In this document: positions 1 to 7,283 of the stretch, piece after piece
How the letters are laid out: each line of letters begins with the position of its first letter
Position numbering within the stretch: the stretch's first letter is position 1
Assembly (NCBI GenBank): GCA_041288095.1
Contig: JBGGMJ010000039.1
Coordinates: 1 to 10,710, forward strand
Reading direction: 5' to 3'
DNA length: 10,710 nt
Source of the DNA: Myxococcota bacterium
GTDB taxonomy: Bacteria > Myxococcota > XYA12-FULL-58-9 > JALHOP01
Made by a program: the position numbers and the translations under genes
The notes under the pieces: model-generated
Told to the model about the DNA's origin: nothing
The model's database searches: none
Seen by the model: the letters and a program-made list of their open reading frames with translations, nothing else

Positions 1-487
1 CAAACACTACCTGCTACAGGGCTACAGCAGCATGCGTGGCACGCTCGACTCCGTGGAGCGGCTCGCTCGTCTCGTGCACGGGCTCAACAAGCAAGGCGCC
101 AATATCGAGCATGTGCCCATCAAGCTCGACGGCGCCAAGACGCTGCATCTCGACTACGCGGTGAACTACGCCGGTCAGGGCGCCACGCGCTCCATGTTGG
201 TAGCGCCGCACGCCCTCGCTGACCAGAACGACATCGGCCGCATGCAGTGGATGTTCGGCGTGCCCGAAGGCGGCATTCTCGTGATACCTCCCGAGGCCAT
301 GCTGCATGCCGGCGCCAACATCTCCTGTCCGAACCCTGGCGAGGTCTTCGTTGCCGAAAACGAGCACTGCGCCGCGACCGCCGCGTTCCTCGAAGGACGC
401 GGCATCCACGTCATCCTCTCGCCGTTCCACATGACGCTGAAGGACGGCGCTTACCATTGCTGCGTCGGCCAGCTCCTGCGCCTGTGA
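1..487 (+). CDS. Pentein-superfamily guanidino-modifying enzyme (amidinotransferase / arginine deiminase / DDAH-like), 5'-truncated
   Basis: The frame is open from position 2 (KHYLLQGYSSMRG...), so the ATG at 32 is probably internal. It carries the family's C-terminal motifs: HLD (catalytic His/Asp), 'GANISCPNPGEVFV', and 'LEGRGIHVI...KDGAYHCCVGQLLR' with the terminal HC nucleophile followed by the final Arg. Stop is TGA 485-487. Confidence 0.8.
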   Translation, partial: KHYLLQGYSSMRGTLDSVERLARLVHGLNKQGANIEHVPIKLDGAKTLHLDYAVNYAGQGATRSMLVAPHALADQNDIGRMQWMFGVPEGGILVIPPEAMLHAGANISCPNPGEVFVAENEHCAATAAFLEGRGIHVILSPFHMTLKDGAYHCCVGQLLRL

Positions 488-1002
488 TCCGCGCGGCGCT
501 CTCCTGGGGTTACAAGGCGCTGCCCAAACGGTTGGTGTGGCGCGCTGTCTGGCTCAAGTCACCGAAGTTCAACGTCGGCGTCGCCGGCGCGTTGTTCGAC
601 GAGGCGGGTAGGGTGCTGCTCGTCGAGCACGTCTTCCGTCAGACTTACCCGTGGGGGTTGCCGTCAGGATGGATCGAGCCCGGTGAGACCGCCGCCCAAG
701 CACTGGTGCGCGAAGTGCGCGAGGAGACCGGCCTCGCTTGCGAGGTCTCCGGCCTGCTGGGCTTCGAGTCGGGCTTCCAAAGCCGCTGCACGGTGGTGCT
801 CGCCGGCCGCTGTAGCGGTGTCCCGGGGGCGCCCAGCCTCGAGACCAAGAGCGCGGCGTTCTTCGAGCCGAGTCACCTTCCAGACGGCTTGTTGCCGGCG
901 AGCCGCGCCAATATCGAGCGTGCCGTGCTTGCCCGCGAAAGCGGACTCGAGGGGGCGGGTGGTCCCTGGCTCGACGGACCGCTCGGCGATCCGCGAGCCT
1001 AG
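484..1002 (+). CDS. Nudix hydrolase (172 aa)
   Basis: Complete Nudix box GX5EX7REUXEEXGU = GWIEPGETAAQALVREVREETGL, preceded by 'VGVAGALFDEAGRVLLVEH...WGLPSG'. GTG 484-486 overlaps the upstream TGA (GTGA), which suggests translational coupling. The ORF-track extension to 247 overlaps the upstream gene. Confidence 0.9.
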   Translation: MIRAALSWGYKALPKRLVWRAVWLKSPKFNVGVAGALFDEAGRVLLVEHVFRQTYPWGLPSGWIEPGETAAQALVREVREETGLACEVSGLLGFESGFQSRCTVVLAGRCSGVPGAPSLETKSAAFFEPSHLPDGLLPASRANIERAVLARESGLEGAGGPWLDGPLGDPRA

Positions 1003-1107
1003 GCCCGAGCGTCCCGGCCAAGAGCATCGGTCGATGTCCACGCGCTCGGCGAGCGACCCGCCGAACCACGAGGCTCTCGGGTTAGGGCTGGGCTCGTCGT
1101 AGGACGG

Positions 1108-1368
1108 CTATCGCTGCGACGCCATGCTGAAGATCCCGAACGCGGCGAGGCCCGTAATCACCGCGGCGACTGGTGAGGCAAACAACGCGACACCCGCCCC
1201 CAGCATCGTCGCGGCCACGAGGTTCAAGACGAGCTCTCCACTAGCGCTACCGCGCTGCGAGCGAGCGGGCCACGGGCTTTCGAACGAGACCCGTTTTGCG
1301 GGTTTGGCTTGCGAGACGCCTGAAGCCTGGATGGGCGCGACATAGATGCTTTGTTGAACGCGTGTCAT
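1108..1368 (-). CDS. Small hypothetical membrane protein (86 aa): polar N-terminus, C-terminal hydrophobic helical hairpin
   Basis: SD-like GAAGGA (1380-1375) lies 6 nt before the ATG. The C-terminal LVLNLVAATMLGAGVALFASPVAAVITGLAAFGIF is long enough for about two TM helices. The ORF fills an otherwise empty gap. Confidence 0.65.
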   Translation of the reverse strand: MTRVQQSIYVAPIQASGVSQAKPAKRVSFESPWPARSQRGSASGELVLNLVAATMLGAGVALFASPVAAVITGLAAFGIFSMASQR

Positions 1369-1418
1369 GGGGTGTCCTTCGACATGACGAGCCCCTATTG
1401 CTCGTCTCGATGCTCAGG

Positions 1419-1444
1419 TATCGCCGCGCGTGCGGCGGCGTTGC
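1419..1444 (-). promoter_or_regulatory. Putative alternative-sigma promoter GCAAC-N16-CGATA
   Basis: The minus strand reads GCAAC (1444-1440), 16 nt, CGATA (1423-1419), 50 nt upstream of the 86-aa gene. The -10 part GGCGATAC resembles the sigma28 consensus GCCGATAA. The same spacing recurs at 7186-7211. Confidence 0.3.
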
Positions 1445-1538
1445 GGGCGTCACGCCGCGCCCGACCTGTCGAGACGACAGGACGCGATGTCAGTCGGGAC
1501 CAGGCCGGATCGAAACAGTCCGCGATAGCGAAAGCGCG

Positions 1539-4262
1539 CTACTCCGCGGCGGGTTCTTGGACCTTGGCCGCTTTCTTCTTGGCGGCTGGCTTCTTCTTCG
1601 CCGGCGCCTTCTTCTTCGTGGGCTTCTCTTCGGACTCGGTGTCCGCTGCGGCGGCCTTGGCGGCGCCACCACCACGGCGTCCCTTGACGCCCTTCTTGGC
1701 GGCACGCTCGGCGAGCAGCTCGACGGCGCGCTCGATCGTCAGCTCTTCGGGCGCGAGTCCCTCGGGCAGCGATGCGTTCACCTTGTTCCACTTGATGTAC
1801 GGGCCGTATTTGCCCTTCACCACCAAGACGGCCTTCTTGTCCTCGGGATGCTCGCCCATGTCGCGGAGCGTCTCTTGGCCTCCGCCAAAGCGGTCTTTCT
1901 TCTCTTTGATGAGCGTGACCGCGCGGTCGAGCGAAACCGTGAGCACGTCGTCTTCGGGCTTGAGCGACGCGTATTTGCCCTCGTGCAAGACGTAGGGACC
2001 GAACATGCCGATGCCGGCGCGGACGACCTTGCCGGTCTCGGGGTGATTGCCGAGCGCGCGGGGGAGGTCGAGGAGCTGCTTCGCCACCTCGAGATCGATG
2101 GCGCGCGGGTCCAGGTTCTTCGGGATCGACACGCGCTTCGGCTTCTTCTTGCCGTCGACGAATTCGCCGAGCTGCATGTAGTGACCGAAGCGGCCGTGCA
2201 TGACGTAGATCTGCTCGCCGGTCTCGGGGAAGGTGCCGAGCGGCTTGTTGTTCAAAGAGGCGCGACCGATGAGATCGTCGATCATCTCCTTGGTGACGTC
2301 CGCTGGAGCAGTGTCATCGGGCAGCGACACCGTCTTCTTCTCTTCGGGGTTCGTGCTGTAATCGACGTAGGCGCCGTAGCGGCCGACGCGAATCAAGTAG
2401 GGCGCGGCGCGTGGCGAATTGATGGTGCACATCTCGCGCGCGTCCAGGGCGGCGCCGCCAGCAACTCCGTCGAGGAGCTCCTTCCTGTAGAAGGTGTCGA
2501 GATAGTCGAGCGCGCTCTTGCCTTCAGCGATCTCGTCGAGCCGCGATTCCATGTCGGCGGTAAAAGTCAGGTCGACGACGTGCTTCAACGCCTCTTCGAG
2601 CAAGCGGGTCACCGCCACGCCGATGAAGGTCGGGATGAGCTGCTTGTTCTTGGCGAGGACGTAGCCGCGGTACTGGATGGTGTCGATGATCGACGCGTAG
2701 GTCGAAGGGCGGCCGATGCCTTCCTTCTCGAGCGCCTTCACCAAAGTCGCTTCAGTATAACGGGCCGGCGGCTTGGTCTCGTGTCCCAACGCTTCGAGCG
2801 ACTGACAAGCGGCGCCGTCGCCTTCTTTCATCGCGGGGAGATGCGAGCCCTGATCGTCGAGCGCCTCATCCGGATCGTCCGAGCCTTCGACGTAGGCGCG
2901 GAAGAAGCCCGGGAAGACGACTTCCTTACCGCTGGCGCGGAACTCCGCGACGTCGCTGTTCGTGCCCTGGGGCCGCTGATACGGCGCGGGGACCGCGACC
3001 TCGAGCTTGACGCTGGTGAACGAGAGCTTGGCCTCGGCCATCTGGGTGGCGACGGTGCGCTTCCAGATCATCTCGTAGAGCTTGGCTTCGGGACCGTCGA
3101 GCTTGAGCTCGTCGGCGGTGGCCATCGACGAGCCGGCGGGGCGGATGGCTTCGTGCGCTTCCTGCGCGCCCTTGCTCTTGGTGTGGTACTGGCGCGGCTT
3201 CTCGCTCAGGTACTCACGGCCGTACTTGCGCTCGACCAGCGACCGCGAAGCGGTGATCGCTTCCTCGGACAGGTTGGTCGAGTCGGTACGCATATAGGTG
3301 ATGAAGCCGTTTTCGTAGAGCCGCTGCGCCACTTGCATGGTGCGGCGCGCCGAAAGGCCGAGCTTGCGGTTCGACTCTTGCTGCAACGTCGAGGTGGTGA
3401 ATGGCGGCGACGGCGAGCGTGTCTGCGATCGCGTTTCGACGCTCACGACCTTGAAGTCGCGGCCTTTGAGCTTGGCTTCGAGCTCACGTGCTTGGGTCTC
3501 GGACAGCAAGAGCACCTTGGAGTCGGGCGAGATCTTGCCGGTCGACTCGTCGAAGTCCTTGCCGGTGGCGAGACGGACGCCGCCGAGCGAGATGAGCTGC
3601 GATTCGAACGGCGTCTTGCTCTTCTCGAGCATCGCCTTGACGTCCCAATAGGTACCGGAGACGAACGCCATGCGCTCGCGCTCGCGCAGCACCAACAGAC
3701 GCACCGCGACCGACTGCACGCGGCCGGCGGAGAGCTTTGGCTTGACCTTCTTCCACAATAGCGGACTGACGGTGTAGCCCACCAAGCGATCGAGGATGCG
3801 CCGGGTCTCCTGCGCTTGCACGAGCTGCTCGTCGATGGCGCGCGGCGAGGCCAAGGCTTTCTGGATCGCCTCTTGGGTGATCTCGTGGAAGACCATGCGC
3901 CGGATCGGCACCTTCGGCTTGAGCACCTGCACGAGGTGCCAGCCGATGGATTCGCCTTCGCGGTCTTCGTCCGTTGCGACGAACAGCTCGTCGGCGTCGT
4001 CCAAAGCTTTCTTGAGGTCGGCGACGACCTTCTTCTTCTCGGGCTGGATGATGTAGACGGGGGCGTAGCCGTTATCGACGTCGACCCCGATGCGCGCCCA
4101 AGGCTGCGACTTCACCTCTTTGGGGATCTGGTCGGCAGATGCCGGCAGGTCGCGCACGTGACCCATCGACGCCTCGACACGGTACTCTTTGCCGAGGAAC
4201 TTACGGATTGTTTTCGCCTTCGTGGGCGATTCGACGATGACAAGCTTCAGACTTACCGCCAT
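1539..4262 (-). CDS. topA: DNA topoisomerase I (type IA), 907 aa, with zinc-free C-terminal Topo_C repeats and a Lys/Ala-rich tail
   Basis: TOPRIM 'LVIVESPTKAKTI' and 'ATDEDREGESIGWH', 'LSAGRVQS', catalytic Tyr in 'GFITYMRTDS', 'QEAHEAIRP', 'GIGRPSTYASII'. Four G-[RMK]-[FY]-G-x-Y repeats follow, then the KKKAPAKKKPAAKKK tail. Confidence 0.98.
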   Translation of the reverse strand: MAVSLKLVIVESPTKAKTIRKFLGKEYRVEASMGHVRDLPASADQIPKEVKSQPWARIGVDVDNGYAPVYIIQPEKKKVVADLKKALDDADELFVATDEDREGESIGWHLVQVLKPKVPIRRMVFHEITQEAIQKALASPRAIDEQLVQAQETRRILDRLVGYTVSPLLWKKVKPKLSAGRVQSVAVRLLVLRERERMAFVSGTYWDVKAMLEKSKTPFESQLISLGGVRLATGKDFDESTGKISPDSKVLLLSETQARELEAKLKGRDFKVVSVETRSQTRSPSPPFTTSTLQQESNRKLGLSARRTMQVAQRLYENGFITYMRTDSTNLSEEAITASRSLVERKYGREYLSEKPRQYHTKSKGAQEAHEAIRPAGSSMATADELKLDGPEAKLYEMIWKRTVATQMAEAKLSFTSVKLEVAVPAPYQRPQGTNSDVAEFRASGKEVVFPGFFRAYVEGSDDPDEALDDQGSHLPAMKEGDGAACQSLEALGHETKPPARYTEATLVKALEKEGIGRPSTYASIIDTIQYRGYVLAKNKQLIPTFIGVAVTRLLEEALKHVVDLTFTADMESRLDEIAEGKSALDYLDTFYRKELLDGVAGGAALDAREMCTINSPRAAPYLIRVGRYGAYVDYSTNPEEKKTVSLPDDTAPADVTKEMIDDLIGRASLNNKPLGTFPETGEQIYVMHGRFGHYMQLGEFVDGKKKPKRVSIPKNLDPRAIDLEVAKQLLDLPRALGNHPETGKVVRAGIGMFGPYVLHEGKYASLKPEDDVLTVSLDRAVTLIKEKKDRFGGGQETLRDMGEHPEDKKAVLVVKGKYGPYIKWNKVNASLPEGLAPEELTIERAVELLAERAAKKGVKGRRGGGAAKAAAADTESEEKPTKKKAPAKKKPAAKKKAAKVQEPAAE

Positions 4263-4320
4263 TTAGGACAACCCGTTGAGCACGACTTCCGCGGCACTTG
4301 CAAGGGGCGCCGCCCTTCGG

Positions 4321-6006
4321 TCAGCCGTCGGAGGCCTTCTTCAGGTAGCCCAGCGCCGTCAGCGCATCGACGATCTTGTCGACGCTTTGACGCACGTTCT
4401 CCTCGCCGGTGCGGACCACGACTTCGGGCTTTTCGGGAGCCTCGTAGGGGTCGTCGATGCCGGTAAAGCCCTTGAGCTCGCCGGCCCGCGCCTTCTTATA
4501 AAGGCCCTTTACATCGCGGGCTTCGCAGACTTCGAGGGGGGCATCGACGAAGACCTCGACGAAGTTCCCGACGCTCTTGCGGACCTCGTCGCGGACCGCC
4601 TTGTAGGGCGAGATGACGGCCGCGATGACCGTGCCGCCGTGGCGAGTGATTTGCGCGGCCACGTAGCCGACGCGGCGAATATTGGCGTCGCGATCTTCCT
4701 TGCTGAAGCCGAGCCCCTTGGACAGGTGCGTACGGATTTCGTCGCCATCGAGGAATGTGCAGTCGCGGCCGACGGCGAGCAGGCGTTGCTCGAGCCCGTG
4801 CGTGATCGTGCTCTTGCCGGCACCGGAAAGACCCGTGAGCCAGATGGTGACGCCCTGAGCGTATTTCGGCGGGCTCGCCTCCGCTAAAACGGCGGCGACC
4901 TCGGGACGCGTGAACCAAGTCGGCAGCGCACGACCTTTCGCGAGGTAGTCGTCACGCACCTGCGTGCCGCTGATGTCGGCGGTCGGCTCTCCCTTCGGCA
5001 CTTCGTTCACGGGAACGTAGGTGTCCTTGTTGGGCAGATAGACCATCATCTGGAACGGCACGATGCCGACCCCGAGCTCTTTCTCGTACTTCTGCGCCAG
5101 CTCTTGCGCTTCGTAGGGCCCGTAGAACGGCTTGCCGTTGCTGTCATTGCCCGGACCGGCGTGATCTCGGCCGACGATGAAGTGAGTGGCGCCGTAGTTG
5201 CGACGGATGAGGGCGTGCCAGAGCGCCTCGCGCGGACCAGCCATGCGCATGGCGAGCGGCAAGAGCCCGAGGACGATCTCGCGCGCGGCGTAGTGATGCT
5301 GAGCGAGCGCCTTGTAGCAGCGCACCCGGGTGTAGTGATCGACGTCGCCGGGCTTGGTGACGCCGACGACTGGATGCAATAGCAGACCAGCGCCGATCTC
5401 GCGCGCGGCACGCTTGGTGATCTCTTCGTGCGCGCGGTGCAGCGGATTGCGCGTCTGGAAGGCGACGGTCTTGGTCCAGCCCCGCTGAGCGATGGCGGCG
5501 CGCACGTCCTTCGGGGTCATGCGCAAGTCGGTGAAGTCGAAGTGACCGGGGGTCTGCATCACCGTGAGCGGGCCGCTCACGTAGCGGCTGCCCTGGCGTC
5601 CGAGTGCTTGGACACCGGGGTGCTTCTCGTCGGTGGTGCCGAGCACGGCGCGGGCCTCGGCGAGCGGATCGTAATCGTAAACCTCGCGCACGTTCATCAC
5701 CGCGAGGGCGTTACCGACCGCGTCGCACAGCGCGAGGTCCTCGCCTTCCTTGACCGCGACGTCGCGGCTTACGGGTAGCGTGATGGGCATCGGCCACAGC
5801 GTGCCGTCGGCGAGACGCATCTCGGCGCAGACGCGCTCGTAGTCTTTTTTTCCCATGAAGGTCGTCAGGGGAGAGAAGCCACCCGTAGCCAGCAGCTCGA
5901 GGTCGCACAGGGCGCGCTCACCCAGGGTGAGGCGCTTCATGCCGCGGGTGTCCTTGGCGTCGGAGGTGAGGAGGGAGACTAGTTTTCCACCATACGGCTC
6001 AATCAT
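4321..6006 (-). CDS. sat: Bifunctional sulfate adenylyltransferase / adenylylsulfate kinase (Sat-CysC fusion, PAPS synthesis), 561 aa
   Basis: ATP sulfurylase motifs 'FQTRNPLHRAHE', 'MRMAGPREALWHA', 'HFIVGRDHAGPG' and 'ISGTQVR'. C-terminal APS kinase with intact P-loop 'WLTGLSGAGKST', 'LDGDEIR', 'LGFSKEDRDANIRR' and 'RDVKGLYKKARAGELKGFTGIDDPYEAP'. Confidence 0.96.
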   Translation of the reverse strand: MIEPYGGKLVSLLTSDAKDTRGMKRLTLGERALCDLELLATGGFSPLTTFMGKKDYERVCAEMRLADGTLWPMPITLPVSRDVAVKEGEDLALCDAVGNALAVMNVREVYDYDPLAEARAVLGTTDEKHPGVQALGRQGSRYVSGPLTVMQTPGHFDFTDLRMTPKDVRAAIAQRGWTKTVAFQTRNPLHRAHEEITKRAAREIGAGLLLHPVVGVTKPGDVDHYTRVRCYKALAQHHYAAREIVLGLLPLAMRMAGPREALWHALIRRNYGATHFIVGRDHAGPGNDSNGKPFYGPYEAQELAQKYEKELGVGIVPFQMMVYLPNKDTYVPVNEVPKGEPTADISGTQVRDDYLAKGRALPTWFTRPEVAAVLAEASPPKYAQGVTIWLTGLSGAGKSTITHGLEQRLLAVGRDCTFLDGDEIRTHLSKGLGFSKEDRDANIRRVGYVAAQITRHGGTVIAAVISPYKAVRDEVRKSVGNFVEVFVDAPLEVCEARDVKGLYKKARAGELKGFTGIDDPYEAPEKPEVVVRTGEENVRQSVDKIVDALTALGYLKKASDG

Positions 6007-6048
6007 GGCGCCGTGCTTATCGCGAGCGAGGCGCTTTGCAAAGAATCG

Positions 6049-7173
6049 CTAGATCGGGCCGCCGTTTTTGCGTGTGTGCTCGTACCAATCGTAGTGGTAG
6101 CGCTCGAGCTTCTTCTTCACAGCGGCGCGCACGCGGTCTTTGTCGGCGTCGGGGACGTAGCTCGCGATTTGCTCGGGGAGCAGCTTTTCGAGCACGGCTT
6201 GCCCGATGGCCAGGCCCGCCGCGTTGTCTCCGTAATAGTGGACACCGGCGACGCTGCGGAAGGTCGAGACCGCGAAGTCGAGCCTGCGTGCTTCCTCGAC
6301 CTGCGCCGGGGTGAGGTCCATGAGCACCGCGAGGAGGGTCGACGAGATCGACGCCGCCGAGTGCATGGCCGGCCACGCGGGATGGCGGGGGCAGCCCTCT
6401 TGATAGGCGGTGAAATCCTCGGCGCGTTCCATGCCTAGCGCGGCGATCTTGCGCTTGATGCGCGGCGAGGCGTCGAGCTTGCCGGTGTGGATGTCCCAGG
6501 CGATCTCCTCGGGACGGCGGCGGCCGACTTCCCACTTGGCCGCGAAAGCGGACGGGGAGACGGCGCGCACGGCCCAGCCGATGATGGCGTGGACGGTGAG
6601 GATGCCGTTGACGAAGTCTCTCGTGCTGTAAGCCGGAATGAGGTTGGTATCGACGCGGGCGCCTTCGGCGTAGAACTGCTTCGAGAGCGCCGTCGGGAAG
6701 TCGGGCGGATAGTCGTCGCCGACCGCCTTCGCTGCTTGCTCCATCGTGTAGTTGGCGAAGAGCTGCGGTAGCTCGACGACGTCTTTCGCCAGGCCGCCGC
6801 GGCGTCGCGCGAGCTGCAGGTCTACGACCTGTTCGAGCTCCGGCCAGAACTTCGGATCACCGGGGTGCGTGGGCGGCGGCAGGTCGGCGGCGCGCACGTG
6901 GACGTCGTGATCGGTCGGCAGGCGCGGGCTCACGGCGTCGCTCTTGGCGAGAGCAGCGCGGCCAGCCGCGGTGAGCGGGAAGCTGGTGGGGGGGCCATTG
7001 TGCTTGGCGAATCGGAGCGATGGGGGAGGGGGGCAGGACCTGGTGTCGCCGACCACGGCGCGCACCGCTTTGGTCGAGGCTGCGGGAGCAAAACGCGCGG
7101 GGTCGCCGGCGCTGGCGTTCGAGGCTGGGCCCTGCGCCGGCGCAGGGGTGAGCTGGCCAGGAGCTTGCGCCAT
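6049..7173 (-). CDS. PAP2-superfamily / vanadium-dependent haloperoxidase-like protein (374 aa from ATG 7173; alternative start 7218 gives 389 aa)
   Basis: The three PAP2/VHPO motifs occur in order: K-X6-RP = KWEVGRRRP (6537-6511); a variant of PSGH = EGCPRHPAWPAMH (HPAWPAMH at 6384-6361); and R-X5-H-X3-D = RSVAGVHYYGD (6258-6226) followed by 'GLAIG'. The protein is soluble with no TM segments, unlike membrane lipid phosphatases. The start codon is uncertain. Confidence 0.75.
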   Translation of the reverse strand: MAQAPGQLTPAPAQGPASNASAGDPARFAPAASTKAVRAVVGDTRSCPPPPSLRFAKHNGPPTSFPLTAAGRAALAKSDAVSPRLPTDHDVHVRAADLPPPTHPGDPKFWPELEQVVDLQLARRRGGLAKDVVELPQLFANYTMEQAAKAVGDDYPPDFPTALSKQFYAEGARVDTNLIPAYSTRDFVNGILTVHAIIGWAVRAVSPSAFAAKWEVGRRRPEEIAWDIHTGKLDASPRIKRKIAALGMERAEDFTAYQEGCPRHPAWPAMHSAASISSTLLAVLMDLTPAQVEEARRLDFAVSTFRSVAGVHYYGDNAAGLAIGQAVLEKLLPEQIASYVPDADKDRVRAAVKKKLERYHYDWYEHTRKNGGPI

Positions 7174-7185
7174 GGAGGCGCACTC

Positions 7186-7211
7186 AATCGTTGTACGGCG
7201 GGTTCCGTTGG
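7186..7211 (-). promoter_or_regulatory. Putative alternative-sigma promoter CCAAC-N16-CGATT
   Basis: The minus strand reads CCAAC (7211-7207), 16 nt, CGATT (7190-7186), ending 12 nt before ATG 7173. The architecture matches 1419-1444. Confidence 0.25.
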
Positions 7212-7283
7212 TTTCCATCGCCCTATCGTTCGGCAGGAGGATCGACCGGGTTGCCTCGAAACGCGTGTCCGAGGGGCACGCCC

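Noticed and set aside
247..483. N-terminal extension of the Nudix ORF
   Set aside because: It is an out-of-frame overlap with the pentein gene. The GTGA-coupled start at 484 explains the gene.
1003..1107. Possible bidirectional terminator between convergent genes (CCGAGCG 1005-1011 / CGCTCGG 1043-1049)
   Set aside because: The loop is long and irregular and there is no U-tract on either strand. Such stems are expected by chance at this GC content.
1296..3761. 821-aa + strand ORF (plus 1351-1995, 3337-3651, 3816-4466 and similar)
   Set aside because: These are antisense shadows of topA. High-GC codon bias suppresses stops on the opposite strand, and the translations show no domain motifs.
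4276..5778. + strand ORFs 4276-4887, 5104-5382 and 5428-5778
   Set aside because: They are antisense to the well-supported sat-cysC gene and have no motifs of their own.
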